Shown here one piece after another: positions 10,768 through 21,655 of a DNA stretch of 32,684 nt. Origin of the DNA: Calcarisporiella thermophila CBS 279.70 (taxonomy: Eukaryota; Fungi; Calcarisporiellomycota). The notes below the pieces were generated by a model. The model was not told the DNA's origin. It ran no database searches and was given only the letters and a program-made list of their open reading frames with translations. The position numbers and the translations under genes are program-made. Numbering within the stretch: position 1 is the stretch's first letter; each line of letters begins with the position of its first letter. The stretch covers positions 1,158,451 through 1,191,134 of the forward strand of contig NW_027192198.1 of the NCBI RefSeq assembly GCF_041956535.1. The letters are read 5' to 3'.

Positions 10768-12624
10768 TTAGCAGCAGCCGTAGGCAGGGTTGATAGGGAT
10801 GGGATAGGTGGCATTCGTGTTTTCGACCTCGAGGAAACGGGGCTTGCGGCGGCCCTGGAGCCTTTGCTCCAGCGCATAGCCGAGCGAGATGAGGGTCGGC
10901 TCGCTGTAGGCAGTGCCCCAGAACGCAATGCCAAAAGGCACGCCCCAGGGATCGATGCCGGCGGGCACGGTGACCATGGGGTAGCCGGCGAGGGCAGGCA
11001 CTTGGGTGGAGGGGGACAGGTTGTCGGCAGGCACGATCAACGCGTCCAGGCGGTGTTTCTTGAGCACGTAGTCGATGCCCTCCTCGCGGGTGTATTTGCG
11101 GTTGGTGCGGAGGGCCTCCTTGTACTCCTTGGTGTGGGTGCCGGTGGTCTTGTCGGCCTCGATCAGCACGTCCTGTCCGAAGTAGGGCATCTCGGTGTCA
11201 GCGTGCTCCTCGTTGTACTTGATGATGTCGGAGAGGGAGTGCACGCGCGAGTTCTTCAGCTCCTTCAGGTACTTGTTGAGCCCCTCCTTGAACCCGGTCT
11301 TGCATACCAGGAACTCGTTCGGCATCCATGTCCAGCCCTTGCCGAGGTTGATTTTTTCGGGGTGGGGCAGGTTGGTGTTGTTGACGACGGTGGCGCCGAG
11401 ATCCTGCATCAGGCGAATGGCCTTCTTCAGTTGCGGGATTTGGTTCTTGGTGGTGGGCGACTGCCAAATATCCCCCCACGGAATGCCAAGCCGCTTTCCG
11501 CGGAACGCATCCTTGCGCAAGTACTTGGTGTAGTCGGGCTTGGCTCGATGGATCTGCTCCCTCGTGACGGGGTCTCTCGGGTCCACGCCGCGGATCACGT
11601 TGAGCACGTGCACGGCGTCGCGCATAGTGCGGCCGATGCAGCCCACCGTGTCTTGCGCAGCGGCGAGCGGGATCACTCCGGCACGGGAGGTCAGGCCCAG
11701 GGTGGGTTTGATCCCGACCACGCCATTGCGTTGAGCCGGGGCAACCACGCTGCCATCGGTTTCCGTCCCGATAGCAACCGCGATCATGTTGGCGGCCACA
11801 GAGACGGCAGAGCCCGAGGATGAGCCTCCGGGGTCCTGGGTGGTGTTGTAGGCATTACGGGTCTGTCCCCCACGGCCAGACCACCCCTCTGAGTAGGAGG
11901 AAGCGCGAATATCGGCCCACTCGCTCATGTTGCTCTTGCCGAGGATGATGGCACCAGCCTTGCGCAACAGGGTCACGATGTATGCGTCACGGGGGGGTTT
12001 GGAGCCAACCAGGGCAAGACTGCCGGCGCCCGTGTTCATCTTGTCCTTGGTAGCGATGTTGTCCTTGACTAGAATCGGAATGCCGTGCTAAAAAGCGACG
12101 ACAGGTTAGCACTAGTTGAAGCCGCAGATTCGAATGCATTACTCACCAAGGGACCACGGACATGGCCGTGTCGGCGTTCGTGGTCGAGCTTGGCTGCAAT
12201 CTCTTCCCAATCGGGATTGAGCTCGATTACGCTGTGGAGATGCGGGTTGAGTTGTTTGATGCGCTAAGAAGGAGAATGAATAAAAGCACAAGTCAGTAAA
12301 TATCCCGCCAATCAAGGAACAAAAAAGGCGAAGCCAAAGCAGAAGAGACGGCCAGCATCCTCGTACCCTGATATAGCATTTAGTCAGCTGCACAGAAGTG
12401 AGCTTGCGCGAGGCCAGCGCGTGCTGCATCTCATCGAGAGTTGCCTCCTCAAGCTGGAATCCGTAACAATCGGACATGCGAAATTTCACGTGGGCGTCAT
12501 GGTTCCCTCCACGCTTATCGTGATGGCCGTGGTGGTTGATCTGATGGTGGTTCCCATCGTGGGCACTAACCAGGGGGGTAGAGAGAATGGCCAGGATGGC
12601 GGTCGAAATTAGTAAAAGGCGCAT
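10768..12624 (-). CDS. Secreted amidase-signature family enzyme (~564 aa, 3 exons: 12624-12367, 12263-12147, 12087-10768)
   Basis: Signal peptide MRLLLISTAILAILSTPLVSA; LEEATLDEMQ; GPLHGIPILVKDNIAT (catalytic Lys); GGSSSGS and GTETDGSV (Ser-cisSer-Lys triad); GVVGIKPTLGL; GYPMVTVPAG. Confidence 0.95.
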
Positions 12625-13378
12625 GACGGGGGGGGGGGGAGATTAGGGGGACGAGTTAGAAGGATGGGGAGAGGCGAATTAGTGGAGACTCAATGGGAGG
12701 AAAAGGGGCGTGAGGGCGATTAGGCCAATCGTTGCGGCGGTCTAACGAAGGAAGATATGAAAGAGCTTTTGAACTATTAGGCACCGGAATGGAAAGGATT
12801 ATAAAGGTTTTTGGGGGGGAAAGCAATCCAATGAAGCAGCGAACCACTAAGACGCTGAGGATTCCGAGATTAGATTTGGGCTCCGAACTCATTCGAGAAC
12901 AACCAAGACAGCCCGGAAGACTTGTTTCAATTGCACAGACTGCGGCCAGCCTCTTGTACTCTGCGGCCAGGGCATCCTTGCAATCCTCGGGCCACCAAGA
13001 GGTTATATAACCTAGCACTAAAACCTTGTTTTCTCCACACCAAATGCTGCGCAGCCTCAAAGCGGGCCCCGCGGCGCATTCGTCAAAGAGCCTATGCCCG
13101 CTGCGGCGTACGAGGGGAAAACCTAACGTTGGGCAGAGTTAAGCTTTTAGCGCACACGCTGGAGAGCCGGAATCCCAGACAATAAAGCTTAACCGACGCT
13201 TGATCCCTGCCCTCGAGCTTTTTTTTCCCGAGCACTTGTCCGCAACGACAAAGCGCCTATTGTCCCTCCATCTATCGGCTTCGCTCCCGTCTGCAGCAGT
13301 GCTCCAGCCATATCGGCTCTAATGAATCGTCGCCGCGATCCTCGCAGCGGCCCGCCGCCGTTGACAGCCCCCGCCGCC

Positions 13379-13389
13379 CGATAAGATAA
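13379..13389 (+). promoter_or_regulatory. Tandem HGATAR sites in the divergent amidase/GPCR promoter
   Basis: cgataagataat contains CGATAA (13379-13384) overlapping AGATAA (13384-13389). A further TGATAG lies on the minus strand at 13527-13532. Confidence 0.4.
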
Positions 13390-13674
13390 TGCGTCTCAGG
13401 ACGAATGCTCTGGTTGCGCTTGTGTTCCCAGCGGTCGTACCTTTCGTAAGCAGCGAGGACTGTGATGAAATTTTTGGAAAATTGGAAAAATAAAATCGTG
13501 GTGGTTTGTCTTTTTTCCGGGTTTCGCTATCAACCAAAATTATTGACGTTCCTTTCCAGTCTTTGGCACGGCGGTTCATTTCCCCCTGCCTTCGTCGGTT
13601 GCAAGACAGCGTGTTGAAGCTTGAAGTGTTTCCTCTCCTTCCTTTTCCCTCTCAATACCAGAAGCTATACCAAC

Positions 13675-15246
13675 ATGGGCGTGGACTGGGACTATAGCCC
13701 CCCGTATAACTTGAAGATGGACGACGAGTCGGCTCCGTTTTTCGTCCCGGTAAACGTCACGCTTAACAGCATCTCCATAGTCAGTGGGGTGATCGTGTGT
13801 GCACTCATCCTAGCCATCCGCCTTTACGATGCAAAGCTGGTGGATCGAGTCAGCTTGCGATTGACGGCGGCCATCAGTGCGGTAAGCACCCACCTCCCTC
13901 TCAACGATTTCATTGTAGGCCGCGTGGAGCTTACTCTCCCCCCCAGGTTGATAGCTTAAGGGCCGCGGGGTTGATTTATTTTACATATACGGTTGCCGAG
14001 GGGCCTCTCTGTGATTTCTCTTCCTGGTAAGTGGTGTGGCGCTCTTGGATTTAGGATGGCCGCTGAACACTCTCGCCACGCACCCCCTCTAGGATCCTCA
14101 TCTTCCTTACCAACTACTATCTCCTGCTCACCTGTGCCATCGCCTTTAATTTACAATGGGTTTTGATCCACCAGAAGCCTTTCACCCGCTCCCTGGAGAT
14201 ATGCTACTTTGTGGTCACTCTTCTGTTGGCATTGGCGACCTCTTCGATTCCCTGGGCACTTAGCCGCCTTGGATACGATGAAAACTTGGGCGTGTGCTGG
14301 TACCGAAGCTACAACAGCATCCGCACCATCTTGTGGGAGTGGGGCACCTTCTTGTCGTGGAACATTTTCGGCTGTCTTTACTGTCTGATCGTCGTGGCGT
14401 GGGTCATCGCGAAGCTCGAGCACAACTCTCGTAGATTGATCAAGGCCGGCGCCTCCTCCACCCACTGCAGCTCCGCCAACCGCCCCGGCGGACAGAGCTC
14501 CGCCGAAGAGCGCACAAAAAGGGCCCAGAGACAACTGAGAAAACTAGTCACTCGCATTTCGCTCTATGCCCTCATCCCGCTCGTCACCCAGGGGGGATGG
14601 TATATCCAAGAAATCTGGTTTCAAACACAGCATACGTTCATTCCGGGGCTGAATTGGTGGTGCATTGTGGGCACCGATATCCCTGGTAAATCATCAAGCC
14701 TTCTCTTCGGCACGAATATTGCCCCGATAGCTAATCGATATGTTTGCTATTTCCCGGCGATTAGGTTTATTCAACCTCATTGCCTTCTTGTTCGATCCCG
14801 CGCTGCACAACTCGATCAAAACCATTCGAAAGGACCTCATTGCAAAATTCGGCGACGACTTGCACATGATGAACGATAACATGCGCCATCACAGCCGGAG
14901 GGAAGAACCAGGTCGCCACAAATTTGCCCGGTGGTTTGTTCGCACTTTCCTTGGGACGAAAAAAATCGATCACACCGGCTCCACATTTTATCGCATGGAG
15001 ACCTCCGCCGGGTATTCGCAGCATACCGTCGAGCGTGCAACAGCACACACCCTCTCTAGCTCCTTGGCCAATCTCGAGGCCGACACCGAAAAGGCCTACT
15101 TCCCTGGGCACTACGATTTTTCCGAAGACATAGAAATAGGCCCTGTCCCAATGCTATCCATCGCTTCGCACACTGCCTCGCAGCAGATGCGGGCACAACA
15201 GGAGTCGGAGGATAAGCGTGTTGAGAGAATTGCGCGTGGCCTATAA
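13675..15246 (+). CDS. Seven-transmembrane GPCR-like protein, cAMP-receptor/Git3-like class (~453 aa, 4 exons: 13675-13881, 13947-14026, 14093-14685, 14765-15246)
   Basis: About 7 hydrophobic segments; LVDRVSLRL after TM1; Cys before TM3 (GPLCDFSSW); TCAIAFNLQ; extracellular LGYDENLGVCWY; basic ICL3 ending LVTRISLYALIP; TM7 GLFNLIAFLFDPA. Introns are GT-AG and in phase. Confidence 0.85.
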
Positions 15247-16122
15247 AAATAGCTATCTTAATCTCATACCCTTTCGGGCTTCGTCTTTGTGTTATATTGA
15301 TGGTATATCTGTATTAACATTATTCCCCTTTTATAATCTATTAATTCTAATTTCTCTAAAGTTTGATTCGAAACCTACCCCGTTCCTCCTCTCTGTTTAA
15401 TTTCTGCTTTTTTTCCCTAATATATTTGTTAAGTTAAGCATTGTAACAGGGGGTGGGGTCTATGTCCTCTGCAGCCTGCCTCGAGACCTTGAGTTTGGTT
15501 CGTTTAGGGTCGAGGGTGAGCGGAATTCAAACTCGGCCTTTGTGCTAGAGAAAATATTCTATTTTGTAATTTGCCATGGATGTGGGGTTACTCCCGCTTC
15601 AACCCTAAAAAATTCTCATAAAATGGCACAAAAGTAAGAGTACGAGAGAGCAGGATAATGGGTTGGTTATACAATCTGATAGAAAGCGCTTCCCTTATGG
15701 TTCACTGAGGAAAGTGTAGGCTGTATCCATTAGAATATTCCATATAATCTAGTTTCTTTCACGCAAAGGTACACCGAGCCACCGAATCAAAAAACACCGT
15801 CGGATACTCAGCCAGTTTGCCATTCAAAGTAAATCCGAAGTAGCTTAAGCTTTTCTACTGCTAGCCCAATGTCAGGAGATAAGTATCCAGGTTTATTGAC
15901 GTCAGGGATATACAAGATGTGTATATCAACTTAGTCTTGCGAGAAGAGAATAAAGTGTCCAAGCGGGTTTAGATAAAAACGCAAAATATGAAAAGAAAAT
16001 ACTCGAAAAAGCATCAATAGAGAACACAGGGAATGTCTAGAGCAAAATCAATGTGTAGTTATCGCGGGGTATTTCCAAATACTTGGAAATGACCCAGTAG
16101 AAACGTCTACTTGCCGGGGGAG

Positions 16123-17327
16123 CTAGAGCTTGCTCTTGGACTCTCTTAGAACTATATCAGGATAGACTTCCATTTGCGAGTTTCCAGTTAACCAATGTCC
16201 ACCGTCGACGACCAAAACTGCACCTGTGGTCCAGCAAGAGGCATCCGACGCAAGAAACACGGTGGCTTGCTCAATATCGCGGATAGTTCCAAAGCGTTGC
16301 AAGGGGATCAGCTGCTTCGCACGTTGAAGCATACCTTCAGGCATTAAGCGAGAGTATCCCTCCGTATCAGCGATAGGTCCGGGTGCAATACAGTTCACTG
16401 TAAAAGAGAAAAAGGGGTTGACCGAGTTAATCCCGAGGCCTAAGCAAAAAAAAAAAGCATCCATCTCATTACCTCGGATCCCGCTCGGGCCCAATTCGAC
16501 GGCCATGTGTTTAGTGAAGGTGTCAATGGCAGCTTTCGCGGCTCCCGCATGGGACACCATGATGGTTCCGTTATAACCTAGCGTGGCAGACACATTGATG
16601 ATGGAACCGCGTGTTTGGCGCAGATAGGGAAGCGCGGCCTTGGTGAGATTGAAGGTTCCAAGCAAATCAATCTCAATCACGGTGCGGAAGGCATTATAAG
16701 AAAGATCGTCAATGGTGGCGAGGAAATTGCCCGCAGCTATTGAAAAAGAATCAGATGATGGTGATCAGCCATTAAATTGTGGATTGAGCAGCTTTTTCTC
16801 GATCGTCTTTACACACCTCCATTCACCAGAATATCAATACGCTTAAATTTTTCAATCGTCTTTTGCACTGCAGCTTCCAAGTCTGCGGGTTTCCGCACAT
16901 CAGCTGCCAAAGCCCTGTATGCAAATACTGTTAAATAAAGCTAGAAAATGAAGGTATTTCCTATTAGGCATTCTATTTACAAGACTTCAGTTCCGGTTTG
17001 CTTTCGAATATCTTCGGCGGCCTCCTCGAGTTTATTTAGCCTGGATATATCGATAGGATCAATAAGCAAACGCATCAGTAAAATAAATGAATGACGGTCC
17101 ACTTTATGTTCTTACTTTCGACTAATAATAGCAAGCTTTGCACCATGCCGCGCAAGCGCGGTAGCCATTCCTAAAATATATGGGGTGTAGTAAACACTAC
17201 GAAAATATCAAATAGCCTCTCTATCCTACATACCTTTGCAAATTCCAGTGCCACCTCCCGAAACAAGGGCCACTTTTCCTTTGAAAAGGTCTTCTCGGAA
17301 TATTTTGGTAGTGTCAACGGGGTCCAT
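16123..17327 (-). CDS. SPS19: Peroxisomal 2,4-dienoyl-CoA reductase (SPS19/DECR2-like; ~281 aa, 6 exons: 17327-17234, 17170-17116, 17040-16981, 16914-16817, 16736-16473, 16397-16123)
   Basis: FKGKVALVSGGGTGIC, LVNGAAGNFLA, LSYNAFRTVIEIDLLGTFN, HAGAAKAAID, VNCIAPGPIADTEG, and C-terminal PTS1 -SKL. Confidence 0.93.
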
Positions 17328-18870
17328 GGTCGAGGAAATTGAGTTGAAGGGTAAAGCAGAAATCGGAAAGCCAATCATCCAGGTAAATATACTGCTCTTC
17401 CCACGTGAAAATTAATTTGAAGCTGCTGCGCACCATTGGTAAATAGGTGCCAATTATGGGTCACGAGCCTTGAGGGTCGGCTCCTTACTTAAGCAGTCGG
17501 ATTATATGAATGCCGAGTATTATTCAAAATTGTAGGTGAAATATAAATTATCCCAAATGAAGGGTGACATCTACTCTTTCCGACAAAATTTGAACCAAAT
17601 CGAAACTAACTCGGCATTTATTTAAGGTATTAGCGAGAATCATAAAAATGGATCATAATTTATTTTCATATTCATATATTGCATATTTGATTTTATACCT
17701 TTTCGTGCAAAGTATCCATTCTCGTGTTAGCCAATGTCAATGGGTGCATGTAGCTATTTCCCCAGCCTCTTCCCAATTTGCGCTGTACCAGAAACGGTCA
17801 AGACGATACATGGTTTTTTATCGAAATAATCTTATTTTCAGTAGGTATATTTGACCATAGAACAAGCATGAACGAAAATATCAAACTTTCTCGATAAAAA
17901 GATTTAAAACATAGTTTAAATAGCGTGTCAAACAAGGAATTGCTATGATTTCAATATTTCAATATATGTGCCTTCATTAATATCCCTTTTAAAGATAGTT
18001 TTTTTTTTGTTTGCTGGATAACTACACAATATAGCCCTCCTTTCCACTTCAATAGCAGATTTTTTCAGAAAGAGCTGCGCAATATTGCTTTGGTTCAGTT
18101 TGATACACAATTCTTGATTTTCTAATGCAGATGAGTATCTGCAGAAAACCACGCCCTCCTTTCACTTTTAATTCCGATACGAGTTCAGAAATAGCTAAAG
18201 CCGATTTTTAACATGAGCATCGCTCATATCTACCAACATTCTTACCATCTTTCCTTTAGTCTCCGCTTTATATCTGAAGAAACGTGCTGTAAAGAGGGGT
18301 GACTCATTATATGTTTCCATTTTCAACTAGTTCCCTTATAGTCCCCCTCCCCATGGTATTTCAAATTCTCCCCAAAAGAAATCTAACACATTATTTGATG
18401 GTTTTCTGCACCAGGAAATTAAACTTCTCCGCCCCAAATTATTCGGAAATACTCCTCATGACCAACTAAAGAGGTACGAGGATAAGGAGGGCGAGGTGAA
18501 GAGTACAAAATGTATTTGTGCTTCAAGTGATTTTTTTTTCCATCTAGAATTGATTACATAAATAGCAGTCATAACGGTCTTGGCATTGGTCGAAGGATTT
18601 TCATTATAATGGGATAGTGATGATCATGGTTCGTCACTGAGAGGCCATCCCCATATGCAGCAATCCCATATTCCATATACTAAGACTAGAGTATATCGTA
18701 CACAAGAACTTAAAAAAGCTCTAGTTCTTTTCGAATAAAAAGGCTCTGTTGATGCACACTTTTTTTTCCCTTGTGACTTTATCAATTTCTGGTGCGACTA
18801 TTCAAATAGGGGCAATCTTAAGTTCATCCGGGGTAAGGAGATGGAGTACCTGTGTTTTCCTGGCTGCTTG

Positions 18871-18878
18871 TATAAAAA
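18871..18878 (+). promoter_or_regulatory. Probable TATA box of the GH31 gene
   Basis: TATAAAAA about 170 bp upstream of the ATG at 19044, followed by a CT-rich tract typical of fungal core promoters. Confidence 0.45.
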
Positions 18879-19043
18879 CCAGTGAAGGGGTGTAGGGAGC
18901 TTGTATTCCTTTTCTCACCCTCTCCTCTATTCCGTCTCTCCCCAACCCACTCTTTCACTAGAATTCTTGTCCTATTTATAATATAGATACAATATAATTT
19001 TTAATTTAAAATTTTCCCAAGGGACTGAAATAATTAATAGGAA

Positions 19044-21655
19044 ATGCGTTTCACCACGCTTGTTCCAATTTTAATTGGGCTTCTCACGGGGGTTGCTGCC
19101 GAGTGGGAATCCTTTGGAAACGTGAAGGATATCACTTCCGCTGGCAAAAATACGTTTGAAATTACATCGACGGGAAAGGCGCGAGCAAAAGTCATCTTCT
19201 ACGAAGATCGCGTATTTCGCGTAGTGGCCACGCATGACGGCAAATATGAGGACATTGGAGATACGGATTTCGTTGTGCAAAAGAAATTCAAGGAACCTCA
19301 AGTGAAGCTTGAAAAGAAAAAGGATGCCTTCGAGATCAAGTCCCGCGATGTTACGCTGCGCGTGAAGAAAAATCCTATGTTGCTCACACTCTTGGATAAG
19401 AAAGGCGCTGTCATATTTGAGGAAAAAGAGCCCCTCTCGGTGGACTGGAAGGCCGAAAAAACCAAACAAACTCTTGGCATTGGGAAGGATGATCAATACT
19501 TCGGTGGAGGTATGCAAATGGATCGATGGAACCATCGTGGAAAGCGCATCCGTGTGGAGGTCAACTATGACTGGGATTTTGGCCAGCCGAACAGTCAGCC
19601 ATTCTACATGTCCAATGCAGGTACCATCATTTGCATATGCTGCGCTCGATCCATGACTGATTGAAGATTCATTTGCCATTTGTAGGATACGGCGTGCTCC
19701 GCCATACGTTTGCTCCAGGAATCTACGACTTCACCGATTCTCCCCTTACCGCGACCCACAATGAAACCCGCTTTGATGCTTACTACTTCAACGGCAATTT
19801 GAAAGAAATCCTCGACCAATACACCGAGCTCGTCGGGAAACCCTTCCTCCCCCCGATTTATGGCCTCGAGCTCGGCGATAGTGATTGCTACTTGAATAAT
19901 GCTAACCGAGGCAAGCGCAACACTCTTAAAGATTCAACTGCTGTTGCCGATGGATTCGTTAAAAATGGTATTGTACCATTGGTGAATGGTTTTCTCTCAA
20001 AGCTTACATTTACCCATTGTCATCCTCATTTTACTATCAGATATCCCACTTGGATGGATGCTTGTCAACGACGGATATGGCTGTGGATATGAAAATCTAG
20101 TGGAAACCCACAACGCATTGCAGAATCGCCATATGGAGCTCGGCCTGTGGACCGAATCAGACTTAACAAACCAACCCTTCGAGGTTGGGAAAGCCGGTGT
20201 GCGTGTTCGCAAACTCGACGTTAAATGGGTCGGCTCCGGATATCAATTTGCATACAATGCTTGCAATATTGCCTATGATGGAATCGAAAAGTATAGCAAT
20301 GCACGTGGTTTCGTGTGGATCGTTGAGGGCTGGGCAGGTATAATATCCTAACGGATACACACTATTACATCGCCGGCCTTTAATACGTTTAATTAACCGG
20401 TCAAAAACTTTCCTGATATCCTAGGAACACAAAAATGTGCTGTAGCTTGGACTGGTGATCAATCTGGTAACATGGGCAACACTGCGCGACACGTTGCTAC
20501 CTTCCACGGATCAGGGCTCTCGGGGATGCCTTGGGTCGCTGGTGATGTGGACGGTATCTTTGGTGGTACTAACATCTCTTCGGTGCGCGATTTACAGCTC
20601 AAGGCATTTAGTCCATTGCTTATGAACATGAATGGATGGGCCAAGTTCGACAAACAGCAATGGCGCCGAGGCGAGCCGTGGACAAGTATCAATCGAAAGT
20701 ATTTGAAATTACGCATGCGTTTGATGCCGTACATCTATTCCTATGCATTTGAGGCACACACCAAGGGACTTCCTTTGACCCGTTCACTAGTGCTTGAGGT
20801 AGATTGACTCGCTGATATATATCATGGATTCATCCCACTCTAACTTAGAATACCACATAGTACCCTAAAGACAAGAATACCTGGACTGAAGCGGCCAAAC
20901 ATGAATACCTCTTCGGAGAATATTTTCTTGTGGCCCCCGTCATTGACGACGGCGAACAGCGTGACAATATCTACCTACCAGAGGGAGAGTGGATTGATTA
21001 TTGGACGAGCAAGGTCTACCAGGGATCAAAGGTGATCTACACCTATCCAGCTCCTTATGATACCTTACCGCTGTTTGTGAAGGCCGGGGCCATCATTCCT
21101 ATGTGGCCCCAGGTTAACACTGCGTCAGAGCGCAAGCCCGATGATGATTTAGTACTGGATGTGTATCCTAAGGGCAAATCGAGCTTCACTCTCTACGAGG
21201 ATGATATGGTTACGCGCGAACATCGCGATGGCCACTATTCACTCCAGACATTTGAGTCACAAGTCACCGGGAATAAGATTGTGGTGCGCATTGGCAAATC
21301 AAATGGCAGCTACAGCCTAAAGCCTCAGAGCCGTGGATATGAAGTACGCGTGCATGTGGGCAGCAACCCACGAAAGGTTACTTGGAGCAGCGGTAAAGCT
21401 CAGCGCCAAACTCAGCTGACCTTCACTAAAGACACGGGTTCAAAACACTCGGCTCAGTGGTGGGTTGAGAGTGCCCATACGCACGAGGAAGGAAAATCAG
21501 AACGTCCTCAAACTAAACAGAAGCATTCGAAGAAATCAAAACACGAAGTTAACAAACGAGCATTCAAAAAGGCCTCTGGATATGATAAAGTAGTGGTTGT
21601 CCGTGTGCCGGATGCATCCCTTAATAAGGAGCACACAGTTACTGTTGAGTTGTAA
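19044..21655 (+). CDS. Secreted glycoside hydrolase family 31, bacterial Nag31/CPE1046-like (putative alpha-N-acetylgalactosaminidase); ~774 aa, 5 exons: 19044-19620, 19686-19967, 20041-20337, 20425-20798, 20861-21655
   Basis: Signal peptide MRFTTLVPILIGLLTGVAA; YFGGGMQ; PFYMSNAGYGVLR; DIPLGWMLVNDGYGCGY; KLDVKWVG (nucleophile Asp); GWAGTQ..WTGDQSG (acid/base Asp); GDVDGIFGG; RLMPYIYSYA; YLPEGEWIDYW; LPLFVKAGAIIP; FTLYEDD. The four GT-AG introns are in phase (2325 nt CDS). Confidence 0.92.

Noticed and set aside
10864-11823. 319-aa + strand ORF antisense to the amidase
   Set aside because: In-register antisense shadow of a GC3-rich CDS (V/L/G/H-rich), with a non-ATG start.
10768-12624. Amidase as a second horizontal transfer because of its high GC
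   Set aside because: Secreted amidases of this type with the LEEAT N-terminal motif are widespread in fungi, the gene has normal introns, and the clearly fungal GATA gene next to it is equally GC-rich.
15503-15610. tttagggt ... accctaaa telomere-like or inverted motif
   Set aside because: Only single units with an 8-bp core; neither a telomeric array nor a convincing TIR.
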